A stretch of 63,213 bases of DNA from a virus (Duplodnaviria; Caudoviricetes): IMG/VR virus record IMGVR_UViG_3300025108_000042, positions 1-63,213 of that record. One strand, 5' to 3'. Numbering within the stretch: the stretch's first letter is position 1; the number at the start of each line of letters is the position of its first letter. Of the stretch, positions 59,509 through 63,213 are shown one piece after another. The translations under genes were made by a program, and so were the position numbers. The notes below the pieces were generated by a model, which made no database searches, was not told where the DNA came from, and saw only the letters and a list, made by a program, of their open reading frames with translations.

Positions 59509-59969
59509 GTCCTTTTTTAGCTGTGATTCGGGGAGATAAACAGCATCCAGAAGAGTATTTACAATATGTAAAAGACACGCTGGTTACGGAGATAATTAAT
59601 ACACACTCCGTGAGCACCAGTAATACTTGGTAACTATTCTGTTTCAATGGCTCGTACAAAAGTGTAAGCAAGTGCTGGATTCCTATACCTTTCCGACTTG
59701 TGGGTGACTGTACTACTGATAACTCGGTGTAAGCTGGTTCCTATAAAGGGTTTTATACCCTTTAGGGGATCTTGAAACTCCTTCTAATCTAATGATAGCT
59801 GGTTCCCAGTAGAGGGAACGTTAGCTCTTAACAAGGAGCGGGGCGCGAAAACGCCCCAAGCGAATTGTATACAGTGAATAAGGAGCAATATTGAAAATAA
59901 AGACTGTATTTCTTGTTTATAACTGAGTAATTACTTAGATTTACACAATGCTTACTGCGGGGTAGCATG

Positions 59970-60001
59970 GGGATTATGGGGTTCAACTCCCTGTAGTCCC
60001 A
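59970..60001 (+). other. tRNA-like minihelix (12 bp + 7-nt T-loop) in a 5' leader
   Basis: GGGATTATGGGG-TTCAACT-CCCTGTAGTCCC-A. Confidence 0.6.
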
Positions 60002-60022
60002 CTAATTTAAATTCAATTAAAA

Positions 60023-60571
60023 ATGGGTCAACACCAATTTAAGACCACCAACATCAAAGGAAAAAAGTATGTTGAGGTCAACGAACGCGTAAAAGCGTTT
60101 AGAACACTATCCGAGTACAAAGGATGGTCATTAACATCTGAGATAGTACATCTAACAGATGACAGCTGTGTAATCAAAGCAATTGTTACAGATGCTGATG
60201 GTAGCGTATGTTCTACCGGTTTAGCGCAAGAGGACAAGTCTTCCTCTCGTATTAATCAAACAAGTTATGTAGAGAACTGTGAAACCTCAGCTGTTGGTAG
60301 AGCTCTTGGTTTTATGGGTATTGGTATTGATACTTCTATAGCGACTGCTGATGAGGTAGATATGGCTATTAAGAAGCAAGACAGTGCACCTACTACTACA
60401 AAATCTAACACACCAGCTGTTAGTACTGATCCTGACGTGTTCAAGCAATCTATTGATTATTTAAAGAACACACCTAATGACAAGAAGGATACATCTTTTG
60501 AGATGATTATGAGCAAACACGGAACTAAGTTTTCGGAGAAGCAAGTAGAAGCTCTTAAGAAGTTTATGTAA
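60023..60571 (+). CDS. Rad52/Sak-like ssDNA annealing protein
   Basis: YVEVNER...ENCETSAVGRAL..GIG. Confidence 0.7.
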   Translation: MGQHQFKTTNIKGKKYVEVNERVKAFRTLSEYKGWSLTSEIVHLTDDSCVIKAIVTDADGSVCSTGLAQEDKSSSRINQTSYVENCETSAVGRALGFMGIGIDTSIATADEVDMAIKKQDSAPTTTKSNTPAVSTDPDVFKQSIDYLKNTPNDKKDTSFEMIMSKHGTKFSEKQVEALKKFM

Positions 60572-61377
60572 TGGAGTTCGCAAGTAAACTTGTTGAGGTA
60601 ACTAACAAACCTTATTTATCATACTCGGCTATTAAATATGCTGCGAATGGTAGTAAGCAACAAGACATGAAGTTGTTTGAGCTTTATATCAAAGGTTTGC
60701 TTAGAAAAGAATCACAAGCTTTCACATTTGGCTCTCTTTATGACTGCCTCTTGCTTGAACCTGAAAAGGCAACAGATGAATTTATTGTTATAGATGATGA
60801 AGAAATCTGCGCTACAATTGGTGGTAAGAATCCAAGAGCAACAAAGAAGTACAAGGAGTGGAAAGAAGAGTTTCAAAAAGACCATTCTAAAAAAACAATA
60901 GTATCAGAAACCGACTGGACTGAAGCAACAGCAATGATTAATCGCTTAGACGCTTCCGAAGTTATAATGCCCGACACTGGAGAGATAATCTCTGTTCGTT
61001 CGTTTTTAACCGGCAAGCCCCAGGTTGAGTTTAATACGTGGATCGAGGAAATCCCAGTACGTGGATTTTTTGACTGTGAAGGAGATACATTTATCACAGA
61101 TAGCAAAAGCACCAGAAGTGTATCTGGCTTTAGGTATGATGTCAAATCGTTTGACTATGATATCCAAGCATACATATACACTCAGGTTAGCGGTAAAGAG
61201 TTTTACTGGGTCGCCCAGGGGAAAAGTAAACCGTATCTATGTGCTGTATACAAGGCATCGGATCAAATTCTTAAAAGCGGTGAGCAGAAGTTCTGGTCTG
61301 CTGTAGAGAATATATCGAGATGGCTTGATGAACCGAGCAAAGACACAGAGTCTTTTGCTTTATATGATATTATTTAA
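60571..61377 (+). CDS. RecE/DUF3799-like PD-(D/E)XK exonuclease
   Basis: LSYSAIK, FGS....LLEP, RGFFD...DSKST...YDIQAYIY. Confidence 0.75.
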   Translation: MEFASKLVEVTNKPYLSYSAIKYAANGSKQQDMKLFELYIKGLLRKESQAFTFGSLYDCLLLEPEKATDEFIVIDDEEICATIGGKNPRATKKYKEWKEEFQKDHSKKTIVSETDWTEATAMINRLDASEVIMPDTGEIISVRSFLTGKPQVEFNTWIEEIPVRGFFDCEGDTFITDSKSTRSVSGFRYDVKSFDYDIQAYIYTQVSGKEFYWVAQGKSKPYLCAVYKASDQILKSGEQKFWSAVENISRWLDEPSKDTESFALYDII

Positions 61378-61408
61378 CCCGGAAGAAATTCCACAAATCC
61401 GATCAAAG

Positions 61409-61663
61409 ATGGCTGACAAAAAGAACATCTACATGGGCTTCGCTGAAGGTCCGAAAATTCAGCAAAACATTTCATTTAAAGTTGATCAACTTGATGAATT
61501 GAAGAAGTACGCCACACAAGCTGGCAACATTAACTTAACTGTTGTAACTCACTTTAACCGTGACGAGAAAGTAAGCAAAAGCTTTATTTCTGTTTACAAT
61601 CCGCACGAGGGTAAAACTCAAGGTTTCACACCTAAGTCAGCAGCAGGTGACTTACCATTCTAA
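61409..61663 (+). CDS. Putative ssDNA-binding protein
   Basis: C-terminal DLPF tail; follows the exonuclease and annealase genes. Confidence 0.6.
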   Translation: MADKKNIYMGFAEGPKIQQNISFKVDQLDELKKYATQAGNINLTVVTHFNRDEKVSKSFISVYNPHEGKTQGFTPKSAAGDLPF

Positions 61664-61973
61664 TGTAAAAGGGGGTCGGTTGTACCGGCTCCCAATTTAC
61701 TACCTTGAGGTGCAGGTCTCGTATTTAAAGAGAAAGCACTGGACACCAGTAGACACCTGGGTGGTAACCACGATCGATAACTTAAACTCTATAGTAAGGG
61801 AGGATTCTAAAACGAGAGATAGATTATTCCAAATGATATATGGTAAAGGATATAAGAGCCAAAAGGCTGTTAGATTAGATAAGATATACAGCAAAAAGCA
61901 AGTAGGATACGTAAATAAATCTTACAACGAGCTGACTGAATCTCAAAAGAGAACGATAAATGAAGATAAATAG
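61647..61973 (+). CDS. Hypothetical protein (start uncertain)
   Basis: ORF in the operon. Confidence 0.6.
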   Translation: MTYHSNVKGGRLYRLPIYYLEVQVSYLKRKHWTPVDTWVVTTIDNLNSIVREDSKTRDRLFQMIYGKGYKSQKAVRLDKIYSKKQVGYVNKSYNELTESQKRTINEDK

Positions 61974-62517
61974 TAGTCAAATATTTAGAGCTAATGATCA
62001 ATACACAGCTCTGGATAAGTTCTGGAAAAACGTAGTTAAAGAAAGGGGTGTAACAAACACTAGACAGCGCATAAATGTAATATATAGACATACGTTTTCT
62101 TGTGTTTGCTACGACATATCTACACTTCCAATAGTACAGATATCTTCTATACTTGATAGGGATCACGCAACGGTAATACACGCTGTTAAGAACAACGAGA
62201 ATAATAGAAAGTATGACCACAGCTATGAGACTATCTATATATGGATGCATAATGAGATATCCCAAATCCTTAAGTCTCACATTGATGAGAATGCTATATC
62301 AATACTCACAAGGGTTAGAGACAGAAACCCAGAGATAGATATTGACACTCTTTTAGAAGGAGTAAATAGAGACTGGACAATTAAGATGTCCCTATTAAAA
62401 GAAGAAAATATACGCTTGACAAAAGAAAATAAATCTTTATCTAAGTATGCTAACAGCACCAATGAGCGTAACAAATTATTAGAGAGTGAACTTAAACGTG
62501 TAAAAAACTTGATATGA
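61960..62517 (+). CDS. DnaA C-terminal HTH domain protein with a coiled coil
   Basis: I..ILDRDHATVIHAVK signature of DnaA domain IV. Confidence 0.8.
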   Translation: MKINSSQIFRANDQYTALDKFWKNVVKERGVTNTRQRINVIYRHTFSCVCYDISTLPIVQISSILDRDHATVIHAVKNNENNRKYDHSYETIYIWMHNEISQILKSHIDENAISILTRVRDRNPEIDIDTLLEGVNRDWTIKMSLLKEENIRLTKENKSLSKYANSTNERNKLLESELKRVKNLI

Positions 62518-62654
62518 GCAAGATGAAGCAATTCCTACGCATCGCCAATGCGAGGTTAAAAAAGGTATATCCTAACAAGATGCAACGCAAAGCCTGGGCT
62601 GCAAATATGTGGCGCAGATGGTTAGAAAGACAGAACGTAGAAAGAGATTTATAA
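62514..62654 (+). CDS. 46-aa basic protein
   Basis: MSKMKQFLRIANARLKKVYPNKMQRKAWAANMW...; coupled at both ends. Confidence 0.65.
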   Translation: MSKMKQFLRIANARLKKVYPNKMQRKAWAANMWRRWLERQNVERDL

Positions 62655-62947
62655 TGTCGGCTCCAGATAGATTTCAAAATGCTGTAAAGCTTGTTGCTTT
62701 ATTACAGCTGTCTTTAGAGCAGATGGATACGATAAAGGGAACTAAGATCTACAGACATAAAATAAAGAACCAGATCAATTTACTTGAGAAGTCTTTAGAA
62801 TCCCTATTGTCTGGACCAGTGAGTGAACTGGACGAAAGAAATGAAGACCTGTTTAACACAATACAAAAAAACATAAGCATGGTTTTAGACATGAGTCTTG
62901 AAGAGCTGTCAATGTTAAAGGTAGCTGTTGAAGAGTCAAGAGAATAA
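62654..62947 (+). CDS. Hypothetical protein (start revised)
   Basis: TAATG coupling. Confidence 0.7.
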   Translation: MSAPDRFQNAVKLVALLQLSLEQMDTIKGTKIYRHKIKNQINLLEKSLESLLSGPVSELDERNEDLFNTIQKNISMVLDMSLEELSMLKVAVEESRE

Positions 62948-63119
62948 GGTGTGCTATACTATTAATTAAGCCTGATAATTGACAACACCTTATGGAGATA
63001 AAGGGAGGGGTTTTACTAACTTAAAATTAAACGGAATGGTTATTCGTTTCCTCCCTTTATAACCTTTAAAACCAAAGATGATACAGAACCATAGGGTTTT
63101 GTGTCTTTAATAGAACATT

Positions 63120-63213
63120 ATGTCAAGTAAACTGCGCAAGATAGTTGACACCAACAAAAGGTGTAAGCACATCAAAAGAGAAGGTGAGAGTTGCAGATTA
63201 AACAACAACTGCA
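63120..63213 (+). CDS. Truncated Cys-containing small protein
   Basis: MSSKLRK...CKHIKREGESCRLNNNC runs off the window end. Confidence 0.6.
   Translation, partial: MSSKLRKIVDTNKRCKHIKREGESCRLNNNC

Noticed and set aside
59948-60005. Full tRNA gene
   Set aside because: No D or anticodon arm lies within the helix; kept only as a minihelix.
63120-63213. Exact circular join to position 1
   Set aside because: Joining the ends stops this ORF after two codons and does not match the frame-2 fragment at the start; some sequence is missing.
1-63213. Alternative genetic code or DGR, as in some crAss-like phages
   Set aside because: Long genes are intact in the standard code, TAG and TGA serve as stops, and no reverse transcriptase was seen.

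Overview
The window is most of the genome of a podovirus-type phage of Bacteroidota (Flavobacteria-like host, inferred from many TAnnTTTG promoters), with a crAss-like head/tail gene set. Layout: a + strand replication and small-ORF arm (1-5.8 kb, continuing 60-63.2 kb); a - strand late arm (5.9-53.2 kb) with lysis, ejection, tail, capsid, fibre, portal and terminase genes; a non-coding divergence region (53.2-54.0 kb); and a + strand early operon (54.2-59.4 kb). The main finding is a candidate hammerhead ribozyme enzyme strand in the early leader (stem-I arm AGUU-AA-AACAGAU, core CUGAAGA, then GAAACC; 54011-54090). Its matching substrate strand, hairpin + GGUU^AUCUGU(UAACU), occurs 10 times, each with the predicted cut 24-29 nt before an early start codon. 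This suggests one natural multi-target ribozyme that cuts the early polycistron into separate mRNAs. Other notable items: a candidate sRNA complementary to the predicted cut ends, a free-standing RNR-tail-like peptide, JAB/RadC domains inside the 2726-aa virion protein, an ART-like virion protein and an outer-membrane protein module. All calls come from reading motifs and base-pairing by eye; no searches or folding programs were run.
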